NCBI GenBank assembly: GCA_964226865.1
Contig: CAXQUZ010000757.1
Coordinates: 2,370 to 66,369 of the forward strand
Length of the DNA stretch: 64,000 nucleotides
Direction of reading: 5' to 3'
DNA from: Myxococcota bacterium
GTDB taxonomy: Bacteria > Myxococcota_A > UBA796 > UBA2385
Position numbers and translations under genes: made by a program. Position 1 is the stretch's first letter. Every line of letters begins with the position of its first letter. Of the stretch, positions 1 through 10,756 are shown in pieces. Under the pieces are notes generated by a model. That model ran no database searches and was not told the DNA's origin. It saw only the letters and a list, made by a program, of their open reading frames with translations.

Positions 1-634
1 CGGCCTCGCCTGCGAGGCAGGCCGTGCCGCACTCTGTGCCGTCGCTGAGCCCGTCGCCGTCGGTGTCGGCCACGAGCGGCTCGGAGAGACAGTCCAGCTC
101 GTCGAGCGTCGAGAGGCCGTCGCCGTCGGGGTCGGCGGTGAGGTCGTAGAGGGCGTCGGGCAGGGTGTCGGCGCAGCGCGGGGCCGGCGCGGCGGTCGCG
201 CTCGGGTCGTCCGGGTCGAGGGGGGAGCTGCCGGGGGCCGACATGCCCGCGACCTCGGTGCCGTCGTCGATGCCGTCGCCGTCGGTGTCGGAGCAGAGCG
301 GGTGGGTGCCCCAGTGGAAGACCTCGAGCCCATCGGGCAGGCTGTCGCCGTCGGTGTCGGGCTCGCTGGGATCCGTCCCGAGCAGCCCCTCCTGGGCGTC
401 GCTGAGCATGTCGCAGTCGGTGTCGAGCTCGGTGTCGCAGGCGCCCATCCACGGATCGGGCTCGGTGCTGCCGTCGGGGCTGGCGCTGTCGGCGCTCTCG
501 CCGGGTGTCGCCGCGTCGTCGGTCGGGGGGGCGCCGGTGTCGTCCGCCTTGCCGCCCTCGCGTTCGACACAGGCACTGAGCGGCACCAGCAGGCTGGCAG
601 TGCAGAGCAGCTTCGGGAGGAGGCGGTGGCGCAT
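1..634 (-). CDS. Lipoprotein with thrombospondin type-3-like calcium-binding repeats (3' end lies outside the window)
   Basis: The minus-strand frame is open from the window edge up to the ATG at 632-634, with GGAGA just upstream. It is absent from the ORF track because no stop lies inside the window. Translation starts MRHRLLPKLLCTASLLVPLSAC (lipobox L-S-A-C) and carries four DTDGDG(L/I/S)xDxxE repeats. Confidence 0.75.
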   Translation of the reverse strand, partial: MRHRLLPKLLCTASLLVPLSACVEREGGKADDTGAPPTDDAATPGESADSASPDGSTEPDPWMGACDTELDTDCDMLSDAQEGLLGTDPSEPDTDGDSLPDGLEVFHWGTHPLCSDTDGDGIDDGTEVAGMSAPGSSPLDPDDPSATAAPAPRCADTLPDALYDLTADPDGDGLSTLDELDCLSEPLVADTDGDGLSDGTECGTACLAGEA

Positions 635-790
635 GGGGGTCTCCGGGGAGGGAGGGGCCACAGGTCTGGCCCATTGTGGTGGCGGGAAAGCACTGAGACG
701 ACTCTACCGGTCGCTCGGCCAAGTCCCTGACAAGCAAGAGACATGCCCGCCGCCAACGCATGGTGGATCAGACTCTTGTGACCCGGTCGG

Positions 791-923
791 GGTGACGGTC
801 GTCACCCCCCCCGCGCGGGGCGCCCCGCCGCCGAGGCCCCCCACTCCCTGGCTCTGGCCCCTGACGACGGTCGTCAGCCCTGACGACCGTCGTCACCCCC
901 CACCGGGGCGCACCGGGGGGGGG
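791..923. repeat. Cluster of GC-rich palindromes/hairpins between the meaB stop and the downstream lipoprotein gene
   Basis: GGTGACG-GT-CGTCACC (791-806), CTGACGAC-G-GTCGTCAG (861-877) and TGACGAC-C-GTCGTCA (881-895) share the core TGACG..CGTCA. They are followed by a C6-ACCGG / CCGG-G9 hairpin (896-923; 11 bp stem, one mismatch, 6 nt loop). No U-tract on the minus strand. Confidence 0.6.
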
Positions 924-931
924 CGCCGCGC

Positions 932-1951
932 TCAGTCTCTGGCGAGCGGCCCGGCGTCGAGCACCAGGGCCAGCAGCTCCTGGGCCGCGGCCACGGCCGT
1001 GCGGCTGCCCGCCACCACGTCCTGCTCGAGCACGGGCGCCCGTGCCTGCACCCGGGGATCGGCCCGCAGGCGCCGGCCGAGCTCGCTGTCGACCATGTCC
1101 CACATCCACCGGCGGCGCTGGTCCTGGCGGCGCGCGTCGAGGGTGCCCGTGGCGCGGAGCTGGGCCCGGTGGCTGGTGACCGCGTCCCAGACCTCGTCCA
1201 CCCCCGCGCCGGTCAGCGACGAGGCCGTGAGCACCGGCGTCGTCCAGCCGGGGCTGGTGGGCTGGAGAAAGTGCAGGGCGCCGGCGTACTCCCGGGCCGC
1301 CCGGCGGGCGGGCTCGGCGTTGTCGCCGTCGGCCTTGTGGACCACCAGGATCTCGGCCAGCTCGAGAATCCCGCGCTTGATGCCCTGGAGTCCGTCGCCG
1401 GCGCCGGCCAGCATCAGCACCAGGAAGCTGTCGACCATGGCGGCCACGGCGAACTCGCTCTGGCCCACGCCCACCGTCTCGACGAAGACCACGTCGTGAC
1501 CGGCCGCCTCGCAGAGCAGCAGCGTCTCACGGGTCTTGCGGTGCACCCCGCCGAGCGAGCCTTCGGTGGGGCTCGGGCGGATGAAGCAGCGGGGGTCGAC
1601 CGAGAGCCGCGCCATGCGGGTCTTGTCGCCCAGGATGCTGCCGCCGGTGCGGCCGCTGGTCGGGTCGATGGCGAGCACGGCGAGGCGGTGGCCCGCGTCG
1701 ACCAGCCGCATGCCCAGGCCCTCGATGAAGGTGCTCTTGCCCACCCCGGGCACCCCGGTGATGCCCACCCGGTGGGCGCCGCCGGTGTGGGGCAGCAGGT
1801 CCTGGAGCACCTCCTGGGCGAGGTCCTGGTGGGCGGGAAGGTTCGACTCGACGAGGGTGATGGCCCGGCCCAGGATGGCCCGGTCGCGGCCCAGCACCCC
1901 GTCGACATAGTCGGCCCGGCCCAGCCGGCGGCGGCGCCGTCGCTCAGCCAA
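932..1951 (-). CDS. meaB: Methylmalonyl-CoA mutase-associated G3E GTPase MeaB/ArgK
   Basis: 339 aa. P-loop [23 protein letters not shown] and VVHKADGD motifs typical of MeaB/ArgK. The start overlaps the mutB stop by 8 nt. Confidence 0.95.
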   Translation of the reverse strand: MAERRRRRRLGRADYVDGVLGRDRAILGRAITLVESNLPAHQDLAQEVLQDLLPHTGGAHRVGITGVPGVGKSTFIEGLGMRLVDAGHRLAVLAIDPTSGRTGGSILGDKTRMARLSVDPRCFIRPSPTEGSLGGVHRKTRETLLLCEAAGHDVVFVETVGVGQSEFAVAAMVDSFLVLMLAGAGDGLQGIKRGILELAEILVVHKADGDNAEPARRAAREYAGALHFLQPTSPGWTTPVLTASSLTGAGVDEVWDAVTSHRAQLRATGTLDARRQDQRRRWMWDMVDSELGRRLRADPRVQARAPVLEQDVVAGSRTAVAAAQELLALVLDAGPLARD

Positions 1952-4088
1952 GCTCGTGCTCCAGCACGGTGGCCAGCTCGTCCAGCAGCGCGACGGCGGC
2001 GACGGGGATGACTGTGCCCGGGCCGAAGATCGCTGCGGCCCCGCCGGCCCGCAGGGCGTCGTGGTCCTGGGGCGGGATCACGCCGCCGGCAACGACGAGG
2101 ATGTCGTCGCGGCCGAGCTTGTCGAGTTCCTGGCGCAGGGCCGGCACGAGGGTGAGGTGGCCGGCGGCCAGGGAGCTGGCGCCCACGATGTGGACGTCGT
2201 TCTCGACGGCCTGCCGCGCCGTCTCCTCGGGGGTCTGGAACAGCGGGCCCACGTCCACGTCGAAGCCCAGGTCGGCGAAGGCCGTCGCCACCACCTTCTG
2301 GCCGCGGTCGTGGCCGTCCTGGCCCATCTTCGCCACGAGGATCCGGGGGCGCCGGCCCTCCTGCTCCATGAAGCGCGCGATCCGCGCCCCCACCGCTGCG
2401 TCTTGCTCGGCCGACACGCCACCCTCCCCCTTGTAGACCCCGCGCACGACCGCCGGGGTGGCCTCGTGGCGACCCCAGACCGCCTCGAGTGCGTCGCTCA
2501 TCTCGCCCACGGTCGCCATCGCCCGGCCGGCGTCCACCGCCAGCGCGAGCAGGTTGCCCTCGCCGGTCTCGGCGCAGCGGGTCAGGGCGGCGAGGGCGTC
2601 CGCCACGGCGCGGTCGTCCCGCTCGGCCCGGAGCTGGGCCAGGCGCTCGAGCTGGGCGGCCCGCACGGCCGAGTTGTCGACCTGGAGGATGGGGATGTCG
2701 TCGGGCTCGGTCGGCGGCAGGTGGTTCACCCCGAGAATGGTCTGCTGGCCGCTGTCGATGCGCGCCTGGACCCGCGCGGCCGACTCCTCGATGCGCCGCT
2801 TGGGCAGCCCCTGCTCGATGGCCTTGGCCATGCCGCCGAGGGCCTCGACCTCTTGGATGTGGGCCCAGGCCCGGTCCACCAGCGCCTCGGTGAGCCGCTC
2901 GACCACAGCGCTGCCGCCCCAGGGGTCGACCGTGCGGGTGGTGCCCGACTCGTGCTGGAGGAAGAGCTGGGTGTTGCGGGCGATGCGGGCCGAGAAGTCG
3001 GTCGGCAGGGCCAGCGCCTCGTCGAGGCTGTTGGTGTGGAGCGACTGTGTGTGGCCCTGGGTGGCGGCCATGGCCTCGACACAGGTGCGCACGACGTTGT
3101 TGTAGACGTCCTGGGCCGTGAGCGACCAGCCGGAGGTCTGGGAGTGGGTGCGCAGGGCCATGCTCTTGGGGTTCTGGGGGGCGAAGGGCTTCATCAGCCG
3201 GGCCCAGAGCCCCCGGGCGGCCCGCAGCTTCGCCACCTCCATCAGGAAGTTCATCCCGATGCCCCAGAAGAAGCTGATGCGGGGCGCGAAGGCGTCGACG
3301 TCCAGCCCGGCGGCGACCCCCGTGCGCACATACTCGAGGCCGTCGGCCAGCGTGTAGGCGAGCTCGAGGTCGGCCGTCGCTCCCGCCTCCTGCATGTGGT
3401 AGCCGCTGACGCTGATGCTGTTGAAGCGCGGCATGTTCTCGGCCGTGTAGGCGAAGATGTCGGCGATGATGCGCATGCTGGGCGCGGGCGGGTAGATGTA
3501 GGTGTTCCGGACCATGAACTCCTTGAGGATGTCGTTCTGGATGGTCCCGGCGAGCTGGGCCGGCGCGACGCCCTGCTCTTCGGCAGCGACGATGTAGAGC
3601 GCGAGGATCGGCAGCACGGCGCCGTTCATGGTCATCGACACGCTCATGCGGTCCAGCGGGATGCCGTCGAAGAGCACCCGCATGTCGAGGATGCTGTCGA
3701 CGGCCACGCCCGCCATGCCCACGTCGCCCGCGACCCGCGGGTGGTCGGAGTCGTAGCCCCGGTGGGTGGCGAGGTCGAAGGCGATGGACAGGCCCTTCTG
3801 GCCGGCGGCGAGGTTGCGCCGGTAGAAGGCATTCGAGGCCTCGGCCGTCGAGAAGCCCGCGTACTGCCGGATGGTCCAGGGACGGCCGGCGTACATGGTG
3901 GCGTAGGGGCCGCGGATGTAGGGGGCCGCGCCGGGGATGCCCGGGTCGATGGCCGGGGCGCCCGTCACGAAGCGCGGCAGCGTGATGCCCTCCGGGGTCG
4001 ACCACTCCGTCGTGTCGGCGGGGGCGACGGGGGCGGTGCCCTCGGGGGCCTGCCAGGGGATGCGGGTGAAGTCGGGAATCATCGGCAC
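1944..4088 (-). CDS. mutB: Methylmalonyl-CoA mutase large (alpha) subunit
   Basis: 714 aa. Characteristic [22 protein letters not shown] and [15 protein letters not shown] regions. C-terminal B12-binding domain with [23 protein letters not shown] (DxHxxG). Confidence 0.97.
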   Translation of the reverse strand: MPMIPDFTRIPWQAPEGTAPVAPADTTEWSTPEGITLPRFVTGAPAIDPGIPGAAPYIRGPYATMYAGRPWTIRQYAGFSTAEASNAFYRRNLAAGQKGLSIAFDLATHRGYDSDHPRVAGDVGMAGVAVDSILDMRVLFDGIPLDRMSVSMTMNGAVLPILALYIVAAEEQGVAPAQLAGTIQNDILKEFMVRNTYIYPPAPSMRIIADIFAYTAENMPRFNSISVSGYHMQEAGATADLELAYTLADGLEYVRTGVAAGLDVDAFAPRISFFWGIGMNFLMEVAKLRAARGLWARLMKPFAPQNPKSMALRTHSQTSGWSLTAQDVYNNVVRTCVEAMAATQGHTQSLHTNSLDEALALPTDFSARIARNTQLFLQHESGTTRTVDPWGGSAVVERLTEALVDRAWAHIQEVEALGGMAKAIEQGLPKRRIEESAARVQARIDSGQQTILGVNHLPPTEPDDIPILQVDNSAVRAAQLERLAQLRAERDDRAVADALAALTRCAETGEGNLLALAVDAGRAMATVGEMSDALEAVWGRHEATPAVVRGVYKGEGGVSAEQDAAVGARIARFMEQEGRRPRILVAKMGQDGHDRGQKVVATAFADLGFDVDVGPLFQTPEETARQAVENDVHIVGASSLAAGHLTLVPALRQELDKLGRDDILVVAGGVIPPQDHDALRAGGAAAIFGPGTVIPVAAVALLDELATVLEHELG

Positions 4089-5851
4089 ACCCCCAGGGCG
4101 CTGTGCAGTGCGGTCATCTGGTCGAGGGCGTCGCCGCCCAGGTAGAGCTGCGGGAGGGCGCTGTCGGCGAGGGCGCGGCCGGCGACCCCGATCCAGCGGG
4201 CCCCGGCGGCCTCGAGGCCCGGCACGAGGGCGTCGCCGGCCGCGGCCGCCTCGGCATCGGGGGCACAGACCACAGCCGCGGCCGCCCCGCTGGCCCGGAA
4301 GGCGGCGAGGATGCCGTCAGGGTCGGTGTCGGCGGGGCCATGGACCGCGACGAGTCCGCCGGCCTGGACGAGGTTGGCGATCCAGTCGGCCCGGGCCTTG
4401 TGGGTGCGCAGGGGGCCCCAGCAGGCCAGGAACACGGTGGCGCCCCGGGCCAGCCCCGCGTCTTGGAGGGCCTCCCAGGGGGCGGCGTCGCGCTGGGCGA
4501 GCAGGGGGGCGACCGGGCCGTCCGGGGCCAGGGCCAGCGCGGGTGCCGGCGCGCGCGAGAGCGGGGCCGCGGCGAGGTCGGCGAACTCGCTCACCCCCAC
4601 CATCACGTCCTTGCGGGCGCCGATGCGCTGGCGGCGGCGGGCCTGCTCTCCGGCGACCCGGGCCGCGAGCGCACCCGAGCGGAGCACGGCAGCCGCCCCC
4701 CCGGCGGTCTCGAGCTCCTGGAAGGCGCCCCAGGCCGCGGCACACTGGGCCTCGGTGAGGCCCTCGAAGGCCCAGGCCCCGTGGCAGGGGTCGACGGTCG
4801 CGCCGAGGTGGCTCTCTTGGGCGAGCAGCAGCTGGGTGTTGGTGGCCAGGCGCAGCCCGAGGGCGTCCGGGCGGCCGAGGGCGTGGTCGAAGGGGAGCAC
4901 GGTCACGGCATCGGCGCCGCCGACCGCGCCGACGAAGCCGGCCATGGTGCTGCGCAGCAGGTTGGTCCAGGGGTCGCGCCGGGACAGGTCGCGGGCGAGC
5001 TGGACGGCGTGCACGGGCACCCGGGAGGCCGCCGGTGCGACGCCGCAGGCGCCGAGCAGCCGGGCCCAGAGCAGCCGCAGCGCCCGCAGCCGGGAGAGGC
5101 CGACGAGCTGGTCGCGGCCCACGCCGAGCTGGAGCTGGAGCCGGTCACACACCGCCGCCGGCGCGATGCCCCGGTCGTCCATGGCCCGCAGCAGGGCGGC
5201 ACCGCTGGCGAGCAGCCAGCCGAGCCCGGTGGCGCTCTCGGCGCCCGCCTCGTCGGCGACCAGGGTCGAGAGGGAGACCACCCGCATGCCCGCGGGCGCG
5301 CCCGTGATGAGGGCCGCGAGGGCGTCCCAGTCCGCGTCGAGCGCGTCCGGATCGCCGCCGCGGCGGGCCAGCTCGCCCAGCGGGTCGACGAGCAGCGCCG
5401 CGCCGTCGGTGGCGTCGACGTCCTGGAGGGCCGCGAGGGCGCCGGCGCCGTCCGTGCCACAGTCGAGCACCAGCCCGGCCCCGCCGCGCACGGCGGCGAC
5501 GGGCCCGAGGGTCGTGGCCGTGAAGGGGGCGCCGCTCGGGTTGGAGAGCAGGAGGCTGTCGACGCCGCGGGCGACGTCTTGGGCGGCCGCCTCGGCCAGG
5601 TCGGTGGCCTCCGCGGCCGTGGTGGCGGCGAGGTGGAGGGCCCGCAGCTCCCAGGCCCCGGCCCGGGCGAGGCCCGGCGACAGGGGGCTGCCGGCGGGCG
5701 CGGTGTAGAGCGGCGCCACCGTCGGACCGTCGAGCAGCTGGCGCAGGAGGCGGGCCGGATCCTTGCCCTTGAGGGCCTTCCGGGCGAGGGGCTCCCAGGC
5801 ATCGCGGCCCGGGGAGGGGAACCACGCAGACAGCGCCGGACGGTCGTCCAT
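4079..5851 (-). CDS. mutA: Methylmalonyl-CoA mutase small (beta) subunit
   Basis: ORF 4079..5917 trimmed to the in-frame ATG at 5851 ([11 protein letters not shown]). MCM-like fold regions ([16 protein letters not shown]) but no DxHxxG. The stop overlaps the mutB start by 10 nt. Confidence 0.88.
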   Translation of the reverse strand: MDDRPALSAWFPSPGRDAWEPLARKALKGKDPARLLRQLLDGPTVAPLYTAPAGSPLSPGLARAGAWELRALHLAATTAAEATDLAEAAAQDVARGVDSLLLSNPSGAPFTATTLGPVAAVRGGAGLVLDCGTDGAGALAALQDVDATDGAALLVDPLGELARRGGDPDALDADWDALAALITGAPAGMRVVSLSTLVADEAGAESATGLGWLLASGAALLRAMDDRGIAPAAVCDRLQLQLGVGRDQLVGLSRLRALRLLWARLLGACGVAPAASRVPVHAVQLARDLSRRDPWTNLLRSTMAGFVGAVGGADAVTVLPFDHALGRPDALGLRLATNTQLLLAQESHLGATVDPCHGAWAFEGLTEAQCAAAWGAFQELETAGGAAAVLRSGALAARVAGEQARRRQRIGARKDVMVGVSEFADLAAAPLSRAPAPALALAPDGPVAPLLAQRDAAPWEALQDAGLARGATVFLACWGPLRTHKARADWIANLVQAGGLVAVHGPADTDPDGILAAFRASGAAAAVVCAPDAEAAAAGDALVPGLEAAGARWIGVAGRALADSALPQLYLGGDALDQMTALHSALGVCR

Positions 5852-6067
5852 GACGTCTCCAACATCGGGTGGGCATCGACGCGGCGGGCATCGATGGGGC
5901 GGGGCGCCCCGTAGCACGCTGGGGGGGCCCGGTCCGCCGTGCCCCGCGCCGTCCGCCCCGCGCCTGGTCGGCCCCGGGCGGCCGCGAGATCATGTTCTCG
6001 TTTTGGTCGACGGTGCCCGCCGCCGCTGCTACTTACGCAAAAGTAAGCAGCCAGCCCCGAGGCCCCC

Positions 6068-6535
6068 ATGCGCACCGCCGACCAGTGGTTCGACGCCTAC
6101 GCCGAGAGCCACCAGAACCCCGTCAACAAGGCCATCCACTGGGTGTGCATCCCGCTGATCTACCTGTCGACCTTCGGGCTGCTGGCGGCCCTGCCGCTGC
6201 CGGGCATGGCCGGGGCCTTCCTCGGGGCGGCGGTCGCGATGGCCTTCTACGCGAAGCTCTCGCGCACGATCCTCGCGGGCATGGCGGCGTTCACGGCCCT
6301 GTGCATCGCCATCAACGCCGCCATTGCGGGGGCGGGGCTCTCCCTCTTTGCCGTCAGCATCGGCATCTTCGGCCTGGCTTGGGTGGTCCAGTTCGTCGGC
6401 CACAAGATCGAGGGCAAGAAGCCCTCCTTCCTCGACGAGCTGCCCTTCCTGCTCGTTGGCCCCGCGTGGCTGCTGCAGTTCGTGTACCGTCGGGTGGGCA
6501 TCCCCGTGTCCCCGGGGCTGTCCTCCGCGACCTGA
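6068..6535 (+). CDS. DUF962 / Mpo1-like membrane protein
   Basis: 155 aa. N-terminus MRTADQWFDAYAESHQNPVNKAIHWVCIPL followed by hydrophobic helices and FVGHKIEGKKPSF, as in YGL010w/Mpo1-like proteins. Confidence 0.8.
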   Translation: MRTADQWFDAYAESHQNPVNKAIHWVCIPLIYLSTFGLLAALPLPGMAGAFLGAAVAMAFYAKLSRTILAGMAAFTALCIAINAAIAGAGLSLFAVSIGIFGLAWVVQFVGHKIEGKKPSFLDELPFLLVGPAWLLQFVYRRVGIPVSPGLSSAT

Positions 6536-6552
6536 GTGCCGAGGAGGCGCCC

Positions 6553-7074
6553 ATGGCCGAGTCTTCCTCCCCGGGCCTCTCTCGCCGCCACCTGCTCATC
6601 GGCGGGGCGGCCGTGGCCCTCGCGGGCAGCGCCGGTGCCGTGATGGCCCTGCGCCTGAGCGCGCCGGCGGCCGGCTTCAAGGTCTTCAACGCCGAAGAGC
6701 TGTCGGTGGTGGCGGCCCTCTCCGCCCTGTGGTTCCCGGCGGGGGTCTTCCCGGTCGACGGCATCGAGGCCGGCGTCACCGAGAAGGTCGACGAGGTGGC
6801 CGAGCAGATCCTGCTGCCCCTCCAGCTCGCCGGCTTCCGCTACGTGCTGCGCACCCTCGAGTGGGGCACGGTCGCCCGCTGGGGGCGCACCTTCACCCAG
6901 CTCACCGTCGACGAGCGCGAGGTGGTGGTGGGACGGTGGAGCGCCGCCGAGCCGGTCGCCCGCCGCACGGCCATCGACGCGGTCAAGGCCGTGCTGGCCA
7001 TGGCCTACTTCTCCCACCCGGCCGTCATCGAGACCATCGGCTGGCGGGTGGGCTGTGGCGGAGGATCCACATGA
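6553..7074 (+). CDS. Tat-signal small subunit (gluconate 2-dehydrogenase subunit 3-like) partner of the GMC oxidoreductase
   Basis: ATG at 6553 preceded by GAGGAGG. Twin-arginine signal SRRHLLIGGAAVALAGSAG. The stop overlaps the next gene's start in ATGA (7071-7074). Confidence 0.75.
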   Translation: MAESSSPGLSRRHLLIGGAAVALAGSAGAVMALRLSAPAAGFKVFNAEELSVVAALSALWFPAGVFPVDGIEAGVTEKVDEVAEQILLPLQLAGFRYVLRTLEWGTVARWGRTFTQLTVDEREVVVGRWSAAEPVARRTAIDAVKAVLAMAYFSHPAVIETIGWRVGCGGGST

Positions 7075-8597
7075 GCGGCGACTTTGCGACCGGCCGACAC
7101 AGCGCCGAAGACTACGGCGGCAAGCCCCTGCGCCTCCACGCCGACGTGGCCATCCTCGGCGCGGGCGCCGGCGGCAGCGCGACGGCCCTGGCGCTGGCCG
7201 AGAAGGGCCTCAAGGTCATCCTCCTCGAAGAGGGTCGCCACTGGCGCCCCGACCAGTTCCAGGCCCGCCAGCCCTGGGCCCTGCGCAACCTCTACCAGTC
7301 CCGGGGCTCCCGCGCGCTGCGGGGCAACGCCGTCATGCCGCTGCCGGGCGGCCGGGGGGTCGGCGGCTCGACCCTCATCAACAGCGCCATCAGCTTCCGC
7401 TGCCCCGAGTCGGTGATGGCCCAGTGGCGCGACGACCACGGCTGCCACACCATCCAGAGCGACCGCTTCAACGCCTACTTCGACCGGCTGTGGACGGCCC
7501 TGGGCATCACGGTCAACCCGATGGAGGTCCAGCGCAACAACAACCTCATCTTCAAGGAAGGGGTCGAGAAGCTGGGCCTCAAGGGCGACTTCATGGCCCG
7601 CTCGGCCCCGGGCTGTGTGGGCTGCGGCGTCTGCCAGCTGGGCTGCCCCACGGGGGGCAAGTTCAGCGTTGACCGCACGCTCCTGGTCCACGCGGAGAAC
7701 ATCGGCCAGGTGGGCATCTACGCCGACTGTCGCGTCCGGGGCTGCGAGGTCGAGGGCGACCGCGTCGTCGCCTTCACGGGCACGGTGATGGACCCCGAGA
7801 GCCAGACCCCCCGCCAGGAGGTGCGGGTGACGGCCGACCAGTTCGTCGTCAGCGGCGGGCCCATCGGCAGCCCCCTGTTCCTGCTCGCCAACGGCCTGGC
7901 CGACGACACCCACTGCGGCCGCCACCTCGTCGTCCACCCCACCGTCGGCGCCATGGCCCGCTTCGACCAGGAGATCCGCCCCTGGTCCGGCGTCACCCAG
8001 GGCTACTGGGTCGACTGCTACGACGAGGGCTACCTGCTCCAGACCTACTCGGTCACCCCCGACCAGTACTACTCGCTGCTCCAGACCGCGCCCGGCCGCG
8101 AGACCCTCGAGATCATCCGCGATCTCAAGCACTACGCCTCGGCCGGCGCCCTCGTCCACGACGAAGACAGCGAGGGCCGGGTGGCCCACACCCCGGCCGG
8201 TCCCGACCTGTCCTACTTCATGGGCCCCGGCGACTGCCTGCGGCTCATCGAGGGGCTGCGCCGCACCTGCGAGGTCTTCTTCGCGGCGGGCGCCCGGCGG
8301 GTCCACCCCCTCATCCACGGCCTCGCGGGCATCGACCGCCCCGAAGACATCGAGCGGCTCATCCCGGCCACCCTCCAGCCCCACCACCTCTTCCTCTACG
8401 CCAGCCACCCCATGGGCACCTGCCGCATGGGCGCAGCGCCCGAGACCAGCGTGGTGGATCCGACGGGCAAGGTCTGGGGCTGGGCGAACCTGCGGGTGGC
8501 CGACGCGAGCCTGTTCCCGACGAGCCTCGGCGTGAACCCCCAGGTCACGACCATGGCGATGGGCCTGATGGTCGGCCACGACATCGCGGGCGCCTGA
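7071..8597 (+). CDS. GMC family FAD-dependent oxidoreductase
   Basis: 508 aa from the in-frame ATG at 7071. Rossmann motif DVAILGAGAGGSATALALAEKG. C-terminal GMC signature HPMGTCRMG...VDPTGKVWGWANLRVADASLFPTSLGVNPQ. Confidence 0.9.
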   Translation: MSGDFATGRHSAEDYGGKPLRLHADVAILGAGAGGSATALALAEKGLKVILLEEGRHWRPDQFQARQPWALRNLYQSRGSRALRGNAVMPLPGGRGVGGSTLINSAISFRCPESVMAQWRDDHGCHTIQSDRFNAYFDRLWTALGITVNPMEVQRNNNLIFKEGVEKLGLKGDFMARSAPGCVGCGVCQLGCPTGGKFSVDRTLLVHAENIGQVGIYADCRVRGCEVEGDRVVAFTGTVMDPESQTPRQEVRVTADQFVVSGGPIGSPLFLLANGLADDTHCGRHLVVHPTVGAMARFDQEIRPWSGVTQGYWVDCYDEGYLLQTYSVTPDQYYSLLQTAPGRETLEIIRDLKHYASAGALVHDEDSEGRVAHTPAGPDLSYFMGPGDCLRLIEGLRRTCEVFFAAGARRVHPLIHGLAGIDRPEDIERLIPATLQPHHLFLYASHPMGTCRMGAAPETSVVDPTGKVWGWANLRVADASLFPTSLGVNPQVTTMAMGLMVGHDIAGA

Positions 8598-8646
8598 GGG
8601 CCGCGTCCCAGGCCCCCTTGGGTCCGCCGCCCCCCGGTCCTCGTGC

Positions 8647-10658
8647 TCAGGGCTGCACGGTCGCCCAGAAGTGCGCCACAAGCGCGGGATCCTGGGCCGT
8701 CGCGGCCAGGGCGCGGGCGGGCCGGATGGGGCTGTCGGGGCCGTCGCCCTCGCGCAGCTGGACCGTGTCGAGGCGGTGCTCCGGCAGGGAGAAGCGGCCG
8801 TCCCAGATGGCGAGAACATCGACGCTGTCGTTGTTTACGTTGATGTTGCCAGGCAGGGGGTGGAGCACGAGGGGCGGGGCGAGGGTGTCCCCGGCGACGG
8901 GGAAGAGCCGCAGCCCGTCGCCGGCCACGGCGAGCACCCGGCCGTCGGGGCTGAAGGCCAGGGCGGACCGGCGGGTGGCGGGCGGCAGGGCCGCGGTGGC
9001 GAGCACCCGGTCGTGGTCGAGGTCGACCAGGAGGAGGCGGTCGTCGACGGTGAGCACGGCGGCCCGGTCGCCCCGGGGGGAGAGGGCCCGCCGGGCCGGG
9101 GTGGAGCGCACGCCGGCCGGCAGGGTGGCACGACGGTGGCCGGGCCGCCGGCGCCGCCGCGGTGGAGCTGGTGGGTCGGGCCGCCGGGGACGGGGGCGTC
9201 GGTCGCCCAGAGGGCCTGGTCGCCCCGGGGGCTGGGGGCGGTGCGCCCGCCGAGCAAGGTGTCGGCGCCCGCCACCTCGGCGAAGCCCGTGCCCGGGTCG
9301 GCCCAGAGGGTGCCCTGCCAGGCGAGCCGCCCCGCCCCGCCCCAGGCGAGCTGGTGGCCGCTGCGGGGCCCGGCCACGGTCTCTTGGCGCTGGCCGTCGG
9401 ACGAGACGGCGACGAGGCCCCGGTGGGTGGAGACCAGCAGCCCGCTGCCGTCGGGGGCCAGGGCCACGGCCCGGGCGTCGGCGGGCAGCGCCACCCGGCG
9501 CGCGGGCCAGCCCGCGACCGGCCCCCAGCCCCCGAGCGCAGCGCTGGCGACGGTGGCGAGGTCGGCGGTCGCCGAGAGCTGGTCGGGGGGCCGGTCGCCG
9601 CCGAGGGGCAGCACCGTGGCCTCGCCCTGGTCGAGCTCCCAGCGCAGCAGCCGGCTGCCGGTGGTGAGCAGCCGGCGATCGGGGCCCCAGTCCACGTCGG
9701 TCATGACCTCGGTGGCACCGACCGGGAGCATGCGGGGGGTGGGCCCGTGGAGGCAGATGCCCTGGGGCGAGACCGAGATCCGGGCCCCGTCCCCGCCCGC
9801 CGGCAGGGTGCGCACGGCCGCGCCCTCGGCGGCCTGGGCGGGGCAGGGCGAGGGCAGGGGCGCCAGCGCACCGGGGCGGCCGACCCAGAGGCGGTCGGTG
9901 AGGATGGTCCACTGGTCCCCATCGTGGGCGAGCACCCGTCCGTACTGCTGGCCGCGCAGGGCGCCGGTGAAGTCGGCCTGGGCGCTCGGACGGGTGGCGC
10001 GGGGCCCCCAGGCCCGGGCGCTGCCGTGGCGGCCGTAGGCGAGCAGGGTGTCGCCCTGCCAGTGCAGCCCGGTCACGTCCTCGTCGAGCGCGGTCTCGAG
10101 GCGGCGCCGCACCTCCCCGGTCTCGGCGTCGAGCACGAGGACGGGGTCGCTGCCGATGGTCACGGCCACCGCCCCGCCGTCCGCCCGAAAGGCCGCCGCC
10201 CAGGGGGTGTCGTCGAGGGCCCGGGTCCAGACGGTCTGGCCGTCGCTGTCGACCAGGCGCAGCCCCGGCGCGTCGCTGTCCTCCACCAGGATGCCCCGGG
10301 CGTGCACGTCGAGCACGGGCCCCGAGCGCGCCTGGAGAACATCGGTGGGGCCGCTGCCGTCGAGGGGCCACCGGGCCAGCTCGTCGCGCACCACCCGCAC
10401 CATGCCCCCGCCCTGGAGCGCCCAGGGCTGGAGCGCCGTCTGCTCGGTGCTCTCGTGGCCCACGCCCCGGACCGGCAGCCGGGCGCGCAGGGCGCCGGCC
10501 TCGAGGTCCCAGACCGCCAGGGCGCGGTCGCCGGTCAGCAGCAGGGAGGTGCCGGGAACCAGCACGGGGTCGACCATGCCGAAGCCGGCGTCGAGGCTTG
10601 GCGGCGGCGCGTGGTGGAGGGGGGCGGCGAGGGCGGTCGAGAGCAGGATCATCCACAT
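8647..10658 (-). pseudogene. Secreted beta-propeller (WD40/PQQ-like repeat) protein, apparently frameshifted near 9120-9170 (or a sequencing error)
   Basis: The N-terminal 5/6 lies in the frame of ORF 8835..10712, from ATG 10658 (MWMILLSTALAAPLHHA signal). After ...ALWATDAPVPGGPTHQLH this frame degenerates into P/S/T/C-rich text. The repeat-like sequence (ALSPRGDRAAVLTVDDRLLLVDL...LAFSPDGRVLAVAGDG) continues in the frame of ORF 8647..12075, to the stop at 8647. Confidence 0.5.
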
Positions 10659-10756
10659 GCGCCCGGGAATAGCACGGGGGGCGGGGGCCCTCCGCCGGGG
10701 CCGTCCGGGCACGAGGGGGGGGGCGCCGGGCCGGGCGCAGCCGGTAGACTGGCGGG

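Noticed and set aside
165-1499. 444-aa plus-strand ORF at the left edge
   Set aside because: It is S/P/A/G-rich low complexity. It is antisense to a minus-strand lipoprotein gene with clear TSP3 repeats and to the 3' end of meaB.
5852-6067. Cobalamin riboswitch or other leader upstream of the B12-dependent mutase operon
   Set aside because: I found no B12-box-like sequence. The only structure is an imperfect hairpin, GCTACTTAC-GCAAAA-GTAAGCAGC (6028-6051), next to the DUF962 start. This is too little to call anything.
8647-9130. The distal part of the propeller gene as an independent small gene
   Set aside because: There is no ATG and no signal peptide. The sequence continues the same SPxGD-type repeats as the upstream part, so a frameshift or indel is the simpler reading, though a GTG start near 9113 cannot be excluded.
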